Source of the DNA: Flaccisagitta enflata
Taxonomy: Eukaryota
Length of the DNA: 64,000 bases
Direction of reading: 5' to 3'
Assembly: GCA_965153355.1 (NCBI GenBank)
Contig: OZ231126.1
Coordinates: 35,216,001 to 35,280,000 of the forward strand
The notes beneath the pieces are model-generated. The model searched no databases. It worked only from the letters and a program-made list of their open reading frames with translations, and was not told where the DNA came from. This document shows, one piece after another, positions 1 through 12,715 of the stretch (positions are counted from its first letter, which is position 1; the number at the start of each line of letters is the position of its first letter). Position numbers and translations under genes: made by a program.

Positions 1-3000
1 CTGAAAGGTTAGTTTTGAGCCTTTAGGCTGGTATTTGAGCCTTGAGGCTGGTATTTGAGCCTTGAGGCTGGTATTTGAGCCTTGAGGCTAGTTTTTGGGC
101 AGCGGCGCCAAAAGGGACAAAGTCCTGTAGAACACAGGATTGGATTTGGATTTAACATGCTTCTAGAACACAGGAGACTTTCGTTTGTTCGTCCATCCGT
201 TCGTTCATTCCCCCCGGGCCCTTTCAGGCCTTGAATCTGCCCTCTTAGGCCAGAAATTTGCCCTTTCAGGCCTGAAACCTGTCTTCTCAGGCCTAAAATC
301 TGCCCTCCCACGCCAGAAATCTTCCCTCTCAGATGCTAGGCCTGAGAGGGCAGATTTCAGGCTTGAGAGGGCAGATTTTAGGCCTGAGAGGGCCACAGGG
401 GGGGGGCGAACGGACGGACGGACGGACAAATGAACGAACGAAAGTCCCCTGTGTTCTACAGGACTTCGTCCCCTTTGGAGCCGCTGCCCTGCCTCTCATT
501 CCAATTTACAACCATGCAAAGCAGGCAACGGGTATCGCTGACCATGTATTGCCCTTGGGCAACCTGTTGAGCCTTGAAGCTGGTATTTGAGCCTTGAGGC
601 AGGTAGTTGAGCCTCAAGGATGGAATTTGAGCCTCTTGGCTGGAATTTGAGCCTCGGCCGCTGCCCAAAACGGCTTACCAAGTAGGCAGGAGCAATAAGG
701 CAATAAGGCCGCTGCCCAAAAAAGGGAACAACCAACCCACCGACCGACCAAGTAGGCAGGAGCAATAAGGCAATAACTGTCTGTAAATGTTGAGAAAGTA
801 AAGTTTGATGGATGGACTGATCAACGGATGGACCAAAGGTTGGACCAACAGGCGGTTTGACAAAGCATGTATTCGCGTGCATGGGACAAAATATCAGAAC
901 CAGTTGCTTAAGGGCAGATTTCAGGCTTTTTGCGGGCAGATTACAGGCCTGAGAGGGCAGATTTTAGGCCTGAGAAGGCAGATTTTAGGCTTGAGAGAGC
1001 AGATTCCAGGCCCACCCTGAAATCAAAAGCTGCTGATACCAGCAAAACCTTTATTGTGCCTGAAATATTCATTTTTAGAAATTCGGATTGGTTTTGTCTT
1101 AAAGCACATTACCTACCATTTATTTATACAAAATTTCATAGCACTGGCTCTAGCAGTTAAGCTTCCACACAGTTTTGGGTAAAAATATGATTTACCCCAT
1201 GTGAGGTTTCTGTAGAAATTGATAAACTGACCTCTGTAGCTTTAAATCGATGTTATATCTTTATGAATCAGTCATAAATGCTAAAAGAACAGAAAAGTTT
1301 CTGAAAAGAATTCGCAACGACACGTTTCTGGCTGGCTTGTTCTCGCCTTAATTCTCTGTACTTCAATTGATTATTGTACTATTTTCTATTTATTTATTTT
1401 TCTTTTGTACCACTACACTACTGCTGTGTGAATACATTGATTATAAATGGCCAGATTGGTCTTAAAAGTAAGACATTTAAAAAAATAAAATATCAAGATA
1501 CTGAAATTCATCATGCAATCCCAATTTTTTCCTCTGATTGTTTCTGTTTGAGTAGGTTTTGTCCCCTTTGGAGCCGCAGCCCAAAAACCAGAACATGGCA
1601 CTTTTTAGTGGCATGTTACGCGACTCAACACCCTGCTTAGTGCAATGGTGCTCACAAACCTAATTAAGCAGAAATCTCCCTGTGTTCTACAGGACATCGT
1701 CCCCTTTGAGGCCACTGCCCTGCTACCCATCAACTACATTGACAAACATCCAAAGCAGGGCAACAGGTATTGCTGACCACATATTGCCCTTGGGCAACTG
1801 GTTTTGACCTGAAGAGCAGATTTGAGATAAGGTGGCAGGCCTGAGGCTCAAAGGGCAGCTTTGAGGTCTTGAAAGCTGATTTGAGGCCTGGAGGGCTGAT
1901 TTGAGGACTTGTTTTTTAGTCGCATGCTACATGACTAAAACCTAATACAGTGGAACCCCGCAATAACAGCCTCGCTTTCAAAGGTTCCCCATCAATAAAG
2001 GTCAATATTTTGAGGCCAAATGGTAGTTTTTAATGTGATTTCACCTCTCATTAAAGGTTACCCTGAGATAAAGGTAAAAAATCTTCAGTTCCAATGGGAC
2101 TGATGAGGCGGGGTCCTACTGTATGTCTGTCCATCAGTTGGTTGGTTGGTCCCCTTTTGGGCAGCAGCACCAAAGGGGACAAAGTCCTGTAGAACTCAGG
2201 GGGGTGTGTGTTTGTTCGTTTGATTGTTCTTCGATTTGTTCGTCCCCCCCTATGGCAACTCAGACCTCAAATCAGGCCTCTCAGACCTCAAATCAGACCT
2301 ATAAGGCCTCAAATCAGGTCTCTAGGGCCTCAAATCGGCCCTCTCAGGCCTCAAATCCAGCCTCTCAGACCTCTTATACCTCAACTCAGCCTTCACAGGA
2401 CTCAAATCAGCCCTCACAGACCTCAAATCAGCCCTAACAGACCTCAAATCAGGCCTTGGGTCTCAAATGAGCCCACTCAGGCTTCAAATCAACCCAAAGG
2501 CAGTAAATGGTCAGCGGTACCCGTGTCCTGCTTGAGAAATGTGTGATTTAAGTTGAGGGGGAGCAGGGCAACGGCCCCAAAGGAGATGAAGTCCTGTAGA
2601 ACACAGGGGAATCTGTCCATCTGTCCATCAAAATCTAAGCAAAATGGCCAAAATCCAAGCATAACGGCCAAACTCAAGCAAAATGGCCCAAATCTAAGCG
2701 AAATGGCCCAAATCTGCTCAGAATCTTGATATCGGAGGCCACAACATAGGTCTAAGTGGCCAAAATGATGGACCTCAGGCCAAAATGGGGTTTGCTGGCT
2801 AGATTTGGGCCATTTTGCTTGAATTTGGGCTATTTGGCAGAATTTGGGTCAGAATAGTCCCCTAAGGAGACGAAGCCCTGAAGAAGAGGAGAGGGGGGGA
2901 CGGACGGACAAACGGATGTACGGAAGGATGAACAGATTCCCCCTGTGTTCTACAGGACTTTGTCCCCTTTAGGACCGCTGCCCAAAAAATCTTCTCAGGC

Positions 3001-3400
3001 CTCTTTGGGCTTCAAATTTGCCCCCTCAGCCCTCAGTTCATGGATGGATGGACAGGCCGCTTCCCTGCTACCCCCACTCAAATTCACAATCATGAAAAGC
3101 AGGGTAAGGGGTATTGCTGACCACATATTGCCCTTGAGTGACTGGTTTGGCCTGAATAGCAGTTTTGAGGTCAGGTGTCAGGCTTGAGGCCTAAAGGGCA
3201 GATTTGAGGTATTGAAAGCTGATTTGAAGCCTGGAGGTCTTGAGAGCAGATATGCAGTCTGGAAAGTTGATTTGAGGGCATGAGGGTCAAAATCAGGCCT
3301 GAGAGTGCTGATTTGAGGACCCAATAGTAGGGGGTGGACGGACGTCTAGAATTCACCCGTGTCCTACAGCCACTGCCCAAAAAGGGAACCAACCAAATGT
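1..3400. repeat. Host flank: cluster of SINE-like interspersed repeats with a 21-bp minisatellite (ggcctgagagggcagatttca-type), both orientations
   Basis: Recurrent blocks gtcctgtagaacacagg / cctgtgttctacaggac, (ggac)n/(gtcc)n tracts and gcagggcaacgggtatcgctgacc at about 120, 450-560, 1680-1800, 2180, 2500-2610 and 2940-3140. Tandem 20-21-bp units at 10-90, 340-390, 910-1010 and 2260-2490. ORFs here are translations of repeats. Confidence 0.8.
1948..2121. mobile_element. Tc1/mariner/pogo-type MITE
   Basis: TIRs cagtggaaccccgc ... gcggggtcctactg, flanked by TA on both sides (1946-1947, 2122-2123); no coding capacity. Confidence 0.75.
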
Positions 3401-3900
3401 ATGCAATGGGACCAATGACTTAAATGCTTCTAAAGGCATGTGGGCGATCATGGAGAATCTTTTTCGCTGTGGGATTGATCTAGAAACTCATATCCAACAT
3501 GGCAAATCATTGTGAGGTTTGCAGCAATCTTACTAACGCTGCAGGTTTCAATGCACACAAACTCAAAAAGATCTCTTTTATTACCCTGTAAGAAGCGGTT
3601 GACGAGGTGCTGGAGCATACTGATTATCTGAAGCGCTCATCCAGGCAATTACAACATATAAACAGATACCTATCCATGGAACTATATCACTTTCACGCTA
3701 AAAACAAAAGAATCTGACAAGGCACCTTCAAGAGTAAAGAAGATGCAGTTGATGACCCATTCCAGCATACCCTCCAGTAGGGACTAGAAATTGTCAGACC
3801 AAACAACCAAGTTGTTCAAAAGCTAATTATTTTGTACAATAATATCAATTTTAAGGGTCTAAACAGACCTTAATCATCAAAGTGACTCCTTCATGTTCAA
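3400..3900 (+). pseudogene. Possible decayed hAT-like transposase fragment (host)
   Basis: Broken-frame peptides such as FNAHKLKKIS, EAVDEVLEHTDYLKRSSRQLQHI and IHGT loosely resemble hAT CxxH / SxKR / xxTRW regions; many stops and frameshifts. Confidence 0.3.
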
Positions 3901-4175
3901 AACTGATTTGCATCTTCAATACTTTGGGTGGAGAGGGCGATGGACGAAAATATTACAGCTAAAAATATTTCGCGACGGTTTTCCGGCATTCAGCACACAG
4001 TTTTGAGGTGGAATGAAAAAGAATTGGACAATGGTCTGTTTGTAAATGTATTTCCCATTGATTACAAATCGTGCTCTGCCCCAGTATAAACTGCACCCAC
4101 CCACCTCCAATAATGTCCCTGGCCACTGCCCACTTATTCGCCGTATATCTGGATTGGTTATTAGATAAATCTTTA

Positions 4176-4732
4176 CAGTATGTTTCAACTCGTTTGGAAC
4201 ATTATACGACGGCATAACTCTAGAAGTAATAGAGATAATTTGATTCTGAAAAAAGTCTTGCATAGGTAATAGTTTGGCATTTTATAAACAATTCTCAGGG
4301 ATTTTCTATAGACGCTTGATACTTTTCACACCCTGAGGAAGTTAGGGTCAAATTATGCAAAAAAGGTTATTTTTTTCTCTTTTTTTCAATAAATTACATC
4401 AACAGACAATTTTCTCTCTATTTTCATAAACTACATCAAAATATCTTATATCTGAAACCTATCTGATATGAAAATCTCAAAATTTAAAAAAAATTAAAGC
4501 AAGATAAGTAAACAATTGTTTTCATTGAACAACATTATAGCTTGCTTTGCAAAGCACTATTTTTACTTTATGATATGTTAAGGGGATTAGATTTTTCCAA
4601 AAAATCGCGAGAATCAATCATCACAAAATGCCAAACTATTACCTATACAAGGCTTTTTTCAGTATTAAATCATCTCTATTACTTTTAAAGTTATGCCGTC
4701 ATATAATGTTCCAAACCAGTTGAAACATACAG
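4176..4732. mobile_element. MITE with about 110-bp imperfect TIRs and TA target duplication
   Basis: 4176-4285 (cagtatgtttcaac...gtttggcatttt) is the imperfect reverse complement of 4624-4732 (aaaatgccaaac...gttgaaacatacag); TA at 4174-4175 and 4733-4734. Confidence 0.8.
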
Positions 4733-5241
4733 TATAAAGATAATGTTAACCATATTGTAAACATAACTCATATTTCCTGCCCGTCAATCCCTGAAAGCGA
4801 TCTGTAGAAAGAAGCCAGTAGAATCAGACGAGGAAAAGTTTTAGTGGCTGCAGGGGAAAATGCGCACAAGCTCTGAGTTCTGACTTTTTTTTCTTTTTGG
4901 AACGGAAGGAAAGGAAATAAATAATCATGACGGCGCCTGGAGACCACGGAAGGGCGATTGCTTAGAGGCTGATGCAACATATAGTGCCTTCTTTGACTTT
5001 GTTGGGGTGCTGTCCAAATGAGTCCAACTGCCATTCCTGTTGAAATTTAATGAACTGTTGGTTAATTGCGTCAAAGTTCCCATTTCCTTCGGTTTTGTGC
5101 TTTTCTCTTTCAAGTGGTGAGGGAACACTGGGATGGGTCACAACCGTCGGCATTGAAGTGCATCCCGGTATGTATCCCTCTCTGGAGTGTCAAAGGGGTT
5201 GTTGGCTGTGTCAATAAGACGGCAAATTTTTGAAGGAAATT

Positions 5242-5280
5242 AGTAGTATGATATAGTACGCCGAACACCCTCGTTTTTTT
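5242..5280 (+). repeat. Terminal inverted repeat, polymerase end
   Basis: agtagtatgatatagtacgccgaacaccctcg matches 36104-36135 at 30 of 32 positions, followed by a T-run in both; similarity ends there. Confidence 0.8.
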
Positions 5281-5282
5281 AT

Positions 5283-5450
5283 GTTGATTTACACGTTGAT
5301 TTACACGTTGACATTTGTTTTTCTTTTATTTATTTTTACGTGCATGGGTTCACGATTGGCTTTGTTGATTTACACGTTGATTTACACGTCGACATTTGTT
5401 TTTCTTTTATTTATTTTTTACGTGCATGGGTTCACGATTGGCTTTGTTGA
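5283..5450 (+). repeat. Subterminal direct duplication (about 82-bp unit x2) with internal gttgatttacac 12-mers
   Basis: gttgatttacacgttgatttacacg...gtgcatgggttcacgattggctttgttgat repeated twice. Confidence 0.8.
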
Positions 5451-6341
5451 TATGAATCTTTATAGTGTAAAAGGTTTAAGATGCAATATGACTAGAAATA
5501 CAACAGCATTACATTTCAAACCTTTTCGTTAAAAGACGTTTTTAGTAGGAAGCCAATAAAGTGATATAAGACGATGGACGGACGCGTTTGAAGAAAAGTG
5601 AAATGACGCGTAATTTAGGAAGCCGCAGGAGGATACAAAAATATCTGTGGTTTGATCTTTATTTCCTGCGGGTTACTAAAAGACGCGGCGCTCAATTGGT
5701 GCGAGAGATAGGTTGCGAAGAAAGTGAATCACCGCGTAATTAAGCAATACACTGTGGGTATAAGAAGACCTGTGGCTGTTCCTATTACCCCAGCATGTTA
5801 CTAAAGGACGCGACGTTCGATGTACGCAAGTGACGAAGGAAGTGAAGGATTTACGCGAGAGATGTAGAAGGCGACACATATTTCCATACGAAAAGACTAC
5901 CAGATCGTAGTTATTTATTGCTTTGGGCTGATAATCCCTTCATACAAATTCATATGTCCGTCAATGAGTTACCATAAAAGTAGGAAACTATTTGTATCGA
6001 AACTCTCTTATGTGCGTAACCGGGAGATTGACGACATGTAAGCTCTCTCTCGTCGCGGTAGCTGAAAGTTTGACGATGACGAGATAAAATTTTGCGCGGC
6101 ATTCTTTCAGTTACGCATATGAGCGAGCGACAGTAGCAGCAATTATATGATCGCGATGTGAGGAAATATTTTTTTCTCGTATAATTTTATCGAAAGAAGA
6201 TGCTATTTGATTTTTGATGTTAGTATTAGACGCAGTAAAAGACGAAAATTTATAGTTAGCTCGCTGACCTTTAAGATGTAAACTGACATACTAGTCTTAC
6301 TAGACATACTAGTCATACTCAGTTTGCACCCTACATGTCTA

Positions 6342-6495
6342 CAAGATGAGACGCAGACGCAAGATGAGACGCAGACGCAAGATGAGACGCAGACGCAAGA
6401 TGAGACGCAAGATGAGACGCAAGATGAGACGCAAGATGAGACGCAAGATGAGACGCAAGATGAGACGCAGACACAAGATGAGACGCAGACGCAGA
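6342..6495 (+). repeat. Tandem array of 12/18-bp units (caagatgagacg[cagacg])
   Basis: About 10 units visible; flanked by a duplicated gacgaaaatttatagt.agctcg.tgacctttaagatgtaaactga (6241-6286, 6496-6541). Confidence 0.85.
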
Positions 6496-6811
6496 GACGA
6501 AAATTTATAGTCAGCTCGTTGACCTTTAAGATGTAAACTGAAAGGAATTCGGCGATTGGAACTCAGTTTGCATCTTACTTGTCTACAAGATGAAAACATT
6601 CTTTGAACGAACAAATAAACAAAAATGAATAAATCGACAAATGAATAAATCAACAAAATGAATAGATTAATAAATCGATGATTGCCAAATGAACAAAAAG
6701 GATGAATAAATCGATTTAATTCCAAATGAGCAAATCGCTTTGAATAATAAAATGAATAAATCGCATAACAAATGAATAAATTGTATAAAATGAATAAATC
6801 GCATAATAAAT

Positions 6812-7054
6812 TTAAACCGCTTTTAATTTCCTAATCACGTCATTCAGTTCATCATCACCACTTTCTTCGCTCTCCGCTTTCTTCCCTCTCCATTTGGTCC
6901 ATTTTCCCTCCCCATTATTCCCATCGAAAAAAACATTTTTCCCAGCTGAAACTACTTTCTCCTCCTTCACTTCCGTCCTTTTCTCCTCCCCCACCGATCG
7001 ATGCCGAACGCGACTCGGTTGTTTTGGGATATTTTCATTTTTCTGTGACGTCAA
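6812..7054 (-). CDS. Small charged hypothetical protein (80 aa; start uncertain)
   Basis: Open frame in non-repetitive sequence, co-oriented with neighbouring genes; no recognisable motif. Confidence 0.35.
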   Translation of the reverse strand: MTSQKNENIPKQPSRVRHRSVGEEKRTEVKEEKVVSAGKNVFFDGNNGEGKWTKWRGKKAESEESGDDELNDVIRKLKAV

Positions 7055-7409
7055 ACATGTGTTTGTGTGTGTGTGTGTATATAGGGTGTAATAGTCGAAA
7101 TGGAAAAAAATGTTGAAGATGGCAGAGGTTTTTTAGGGTTTTGTAGAAATGGAAAAAATGGTGAAGCGAGAAAGATTGAAAGGTACAGTTTCAGCGGTCA
7201 TGATTGAAAATATAAGAATTAGCTACCCACCATTTGTTTTACAATAATCTAGTCCCAAAGTGCAGAAAGAGCTATTAATAGTGTGGACATCATAACCCGT
7301 AATAGTTACAGGAAAAATTGCAGAAAAAAGCTTGAACCGGCTACAAGAATAGTCTAAAGCCACAAAAATCCCGAGAAAACTTATCTATTATTTTTTTGTA
7401 CCTTTCTTC

Positions 7410-8921
7410 TCACAAAGCAGTTGAACGAAAAAGTCCCACCAAACCATAATCCTCATCATCTCCACAAGTTCCCCTTCCTCTACCACTTGCTCCTCTCGGT
7501 CCTCCTCTGACTCCTCTGTTTCCCCCTCTATTCGCTCTGCCTCCTCTGTTTCCTCCTCTTGGTCTCCCTACTCTTCCACCTCTTACTCCGTTTCTTCTAG
7601 CCACAACTCTTTCCATTCTGTCTCTCTCCGACCTTGCCTCTCTTTCGTTTCTCTCCGCTCTAAGGGCACTCATCACCACTTCCAAATTTCTCAATTGCTC
7701 CTCATGTCTCTCCCTCGCCCTCTCCATCTCCATATCCATGCTCTCGTCAGATCTCAACTCCTGCGCCTCCTCATCCGCTGCAATCTCATTTGGCATCGTA
7801 GGATCAAAGGGATCATTACGCAACTGTTGTTGTCGCGTTAATGAATGGAATTAAAAACTTAAACTTAGTAAATATAACTAGATACAATTTAAGAGGCGTA
7901 TAAACTAAGATGCGTACAAACTAAGAGGCGTACAAACTAGGAGTATACAAACTAGATTAGGGTAGTCTCGTTTGTAACAGGCCTTGTAACTAAAAGCGTA
8001 CAAACTAGATTATGGTCGCTTATGGAAAAAATAATTACCAAGGCCGCCATATTGATGCCCTCCGGCAGCTCCGGCAGCTCCCTATCTCGGCGGCGGGCAA
8101 CAAAGCGGCGTGTAGCCGCACCGATTCCGACAAAGACGCCGAGAGCCAAAATTGTTACCGCGGACCCGATCCTTATGAGGATTTGAACCGAATCGCGATA
8201 AAGCAGATACAAAAACTTAATTCACGATATCTGATTTAGAACTATGAAAATTTGCGGTTCGAATACATGATTTAACTTACAATGCGCTTTTCCAATCGAC
8301 GATTTGCGGGTGGGGAAGGGCTTGTCCGACCGAATGCTCGTCCGATTGTCCATCGTTGATTGTAACGTCCGCCGTCTGTTCACGTTTATCCGATTGTTCG
8401 TAGCCGACCGTAACGTCCGTTGTCTGGCTGTTGTCCGATGAATTCTCGAGGTATGACGAGAACGCGGAAGAGGAGGAAGAGGATGTTGTGGTGGAGGTAG
8501 AGGCGGAAGCGGCGCGGAATGAGGCAGAAGAGGTGGAGGCGGATAAGAGGGACGGGCGCGTGGGCGATGCCGACGAAGAAGTTGATGAGGATGATGACGA
8601 AGATGTTGATGACGTTGTTTGTTGTTGTTTTGTCTTGTTTTTCTTTTGTTTGTGTTTTGAAACCAGTGTTTGTTGTTGTTGTTGTTGTTGTTGTTGTTCT
8701 TTCTGTTGTTTGTCTTCTTGTTGTTTTTGTTGTTCTTTTTGTTGTTGTCTGTGTTCTTCTTGTTCTTTTTGTTCTTGTTCTTTTTGTTCTTGTTCTTTAG
8801 GTTGTTGTTTTTTGTGTTCTTCTTGTTCTTCTTGTTTCTTTTGTTCTTTTTGTTTTTTCTGTTTTTCTTGGTCGTCTTGTTGTTTTTGTTTTTGATCCGT
8901 TTTCTGTTTAAATTCTTGTTC

Positions 8922-8956
<35 letters not shown>

Positions 8957-8964
8957 CAGTAGTA

Positions 8965-8995
<31 letters not shown>

Positions 8996-9924
8996 ATGAT
9001 GTTATTGATGTTGACGTTGTTGTTGATGTTGTTGTTGTTGTGATCGGCGGGGTCGAGAAGGACGATGAAGATGATGAAGATGTTGAAGAAGATGGTAACA
9101 AAATTGTTACCAACTCTTCTCTTTCTCTTTCTTTTTCTCTTTTACTCTCACTTTCTCTTTCTCTTTCTCTTTCATTCCTTTCATTTTCATTTTCGCTTTC
9201 ATTTTCGCTTTCATTTTCACTTTCATATTCACTTTCATTTTCACTTTCATTTTCACTTTCACTTTCATCGCTCTCATATCTCACCTCTCTTTCGCTTTCT
9301 CTTTCTCTTTCTCTTTCTCTTTCCCCTTCGTCCATCAACGTCGTTGTTGTTGTTGTTGGTGTTGATTTTGTTGATGACGATGTTGCTGTTGTCGTCGTGG
9401 CCGTCGAAGAAGAAGGAGGAGGAGGAGGAAGAGGATGAGGATGAGGTAGTGGATGAAGAAGTGGATGATGAAGAGGATGAAGAAGCGGGATCTCCACCCC
9501 AACCGCCACTTCCTCCACTCGTGGTGGCCAGCCTCTTCCAGGCGGGCCTCCGAGGACCGGCGTCGCCGAGAGAGAAGGCGAGAAGGAGGAGGAAGAATTC
9601 CTGTCGCCTGGAAATATCTGTTTCAAATACAGGTGCAGGTGCAGATGTGGAGGAGGAGAAGGAGGAAATTTTGTTATCTTTTTGGAAATAATTGTAATGA
9701 TGCCCATCTTTACAAAGCAATGAATAGAATCTCGAAGCCGTGTGTGTGAAGCGTATAACTTACCGGAGGAAAGGGCCTACGAGGGATGACCTCGTCGTAC
9801 GGGGTCAGGTTGAAGGATGACGACGCCCGTAAACGCCGCCAATCCATCCCCTGCCGTTGGCGCATCGCCTCCAACTCCTTCTTCCATTCGAGAATGGTTG
9901 CTTGTATACACACTTGAAGAGATC

Positions 9925-9994
<70 letters not shown>

Positions 9995-10544
9995 AAAAGA
10001 AGAAAAAAACATTTAGTTTATCAACGGAAAAGCGTAGGCGCAAAGTACCCAAGGTTTATGTGAACGTAAGGATCATTACTAATCTATTATTCCCGTGAGT
10101 GAGAGAGAGATAGAGAGAGAGAGATTGTGAGAGAAAAAAGAAAGAGAAAGAGAAAGAGATAAAGTGAAATTGCAGTACTTGTTTTCTCCCGCACGTTGCA
10201 GGCTTGATAGGCCTCATTTCTGTCCTTATATCTATTACGCGCATTGGGAAAGAAGAAATAAGGAAAAAAGACAAAGATACACAAGAAGTGAAACAAGAAC
10301 CTCAAGCGAGAAACATAAAATTAACAATTCGAGTACCAACATCACGACAAACTAACCCGCAATGCCCCGTCACTTCCTCGACGCAAAACAGCAGGAAGGC
10401 GTCGTGCTCATCCTCTGTTGAGCTGAAGGAGAGCGGCAGCGATGACGACGACGACGGCCATTGGAAGATGAAGGCGATGAAGATGACGACGACGGAGGCG
10501 ACGACAACGAAGCCGTCCCGAGGCAGCCGCGGCGGCGCCATCAC
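7410..10544 (-). CDS. Putative multi-exon membrane protein: hydrophobic N-terminus, long S/T/Q/E low-complexity region, TM helix, coiled coil, RGG-rich C-terminus (structure partly unresolved)
   Basis: Hydrophobic FVVVASVVVIFIAFIF near 10510; 476-aa low-complexity frame 8277-9707; TM segment ILIRIGSAVTILALGVFVGIGAA followed by RRFVARRR. A phase-0 GT-AG intron (7824-8038) joins this to the 7410-7823 exon with RGG repeats. Upstream junctions are not all in phase. Confidence 0.5.
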
Positions 10545-10894
10545 GATTGTTATTGTTGTTATTGTTTCTATTTTGTTATTGTTATTTTGTTATTGTTGTT
10601 ATTGTTTCTATTTTGTATTGTATTGTATTGTATTTTTATTGTTTTTATTTGTATTTGTTTTTTGCTTGTTTGAACACTGGATATATATAGAAAGACGGCA
10701 AGGGTTAGATGATAATGCGTGCAGGCTTAATGAGAGGTGGTAAATAAGCGAGTAATGATAATCACGTCATTGTTGGAAATTGGAAGTCGAAAAAGAATGT
10801 GCGCTCTCAAACATCACATAAAAAAACATCCCACGAGAATAGAATACGCTTAAAGCACATGTCAAATGTCCTTTAGTTGAACCCCGTCTTTCGT

Positions 10895-12587
10895 TTAAAC
10901 GCTCTCAGCTGAGCGGTTTTTTTTGTTTTCCATCCATTTTTCCACCAGCTCTCTGGAGCGGCTTATGGACCTTTTTTCAAATTTCTTTGTCGGGACAATA
11001 GGCCAATTCAGTTTTTTGAAAATTGCCTTTGAGGAAAGGCCGCCATAAGCGCGTTGCAATGAGACTCCACACATCTCTTCGTCCATTTTCTCGAAAATAT
11101 CCGGGTCGTACAGATCACACCACCGGCACTTTTCTTTCTGGCAATTTTGAAGATGAGATTGCCAGTAGTCTTCAAGATGCAGTAAAAATATGTTCACGGC
11201 CTAAACATAGAGTACAAACGAGCTTGTGTTTACATCTATATACACGGTGTGACAAAACAGGACTAAGCATAGCTTAAGGCATTCAAATAAGAAGAACGGA
11301 AATACGCGGACTAACCTGTTTCTTTCCTGTATTCTTGGCTCTAGCCGTTTCCGATGGGAAGATCTCTTCAAAACTGGCGCGTTCCTTTTTTGATTTCCTC
11401 CAAGGATCATCGTCGTCGTCGTCGTCGTCGTTTTCGTCGTCATCTTCCGATTGAGAAGCATTTGGAACCAATGGTTTGTCGCCATATCCTGAGAGAAGAA
11501 TAAGCAGAAAAAAAAACAGTTGGGACGACATGCGATGATACAACAAGACACGATGACATGACACGACATGATCCATTCACTTGACATGATCCATTCAATT
11601 GACATGATTCGTTCCCTTAACATGACAACACATTGACTTGACATGCTCACTTGTACGGTTGAATGTGGGCAAACAGAAAAGGGCATGGTAAATTTTTTGA
11701 TACGTCGTTATGCTCACGCAGATACCCCCACCAGTTGGCTTATTGTTCTCAAATTGAGGAACAAATTCTATGGGGGTATCCGGAAGAGGTCTTTTAATGC
11801 GGCGGAGTGTGACCATATAGTTGCTTGGAAGAGTTTCTCCCGATTTCAAAAGAATTTCACTTTTCCATTCCAAAGCAATACCATAACAACATCCTGGGAC
11901 GGCTATGGGCGGGATCTCATAGGCCTATCAATTGAATTAAGATATTGATATAAAAAAGAAAAACTTTTATCTTAGAATAATCCAAAAAATTCAAAACCAA
12001 AAAAGTTTTTTGTACTTTGAGGAGTTCGCGAGTTTCCTCATCAATGTGCTCCTGAGGATCCTTCTCCAAGCTCTCCAAGGTTGAAAAAATAGCATTGGCG
12101 TTTGCCATAATAATTTGGAAAGCCTGCGCCTCTTTCAGTTTTAAAAACTCTGTTAAGGGCAGGCTCCAACATAAAAAGCCATCCGACGACTTAAATCCCC
12201 TGAGCGGGTAATAGAAGCAAAAGAATAAAAAGTGAATAAAAGTGATTAAAACGAATAATCATTCTAGAATTTTAATGAAGAAAATCTTACTTTGTTTGCC
12301 AATTGGCATCACATTTCTGGGTGTCAATTCGCATGATTGCAAAACCCAAAGACGAATCTGTTTCGTAGAAAGTGCACCATCTGAAGGGCAAGGGTAAGGG
12401 CAAGGGCAAGGGCTTGAAGGGCAAATATTCGAATATCGAATACCGAATATCAAATATTCAAGATCTTAATACAAAAATATTGAACTAACCGGTCAAAAAG
12501 AAGTCGAACACTTTTGGTTCCTTCCGAGTCAAGCGGAAATCGATAAAAATCATTTTTATTGACGTCAAATCCAAGACCTGAGGCCAT
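10895..12587 (-). CDS. Six-exon 374-aa protein with tandem PC4-like (ssDNA-binding) folds, acidic linker and Cys/His C-terminal region
   Basis: Exons 12587-12490, 12380-12291, 12199-12016, 11924-11651, 11488-11316 and 11200-10895; all introns GT-AG and phase-compatible. VTLRRIK...KPTGGGICVSITTYQKI resembles the PC4 IDIR..KP.KGISL..W..L pattern. Gene model confident; fold assignment by eye. Confidence 0.65.
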
Positions 12588-12715
12588 TCTTTTAGGGAAA
12601 AAATCTGTAAGAGACTAAGGGTAAAGTTAAAGTAAAGTTGATGAAAAGTTGATGAAAAGGCATATAGAGTTGTGAAATATTGCTAAAAGAAATGAAGTAT
12701 ACATACAGGTAAAGG

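Noticed and set aside
9-3392. Short ORFs with SGLRGQI / RTDGRT peptides
   Set aside because: Translations of SINE-associated minisatellites; no coding signal.
5236-5241. 6-bp target-site duplication
   Set aside because: gaaatt does not match attgtc (reverse complement of 36098-36103).
4768-5241. Possible hAT dimerisation-domain remnant on the minus strand, perhaps continuous with 35900-36103
   Set aside because: Resemblance is weak and spread over several frames; cannot be supported without a search.
6324-6725. QDETQT / LRLILR ORFs and a CRISPR-like appearance
   Set aside because: Pure tandem repeat without unique spacers; eukaryotic context and no cas genes.
8431-9749. Plus-strand Cys-, Leu- and Val-rich ORFs
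   Set aside because: Antisense shadows of the low-complexity minus-strand frame.
11730-11873. DWNN/ubiquitin-like resemblance of LPSNYMVTLRRI
   Set aside because: The surrounding spliced sequence lacks the rest of the DWNN pattern and fits a PC4-like unit better.
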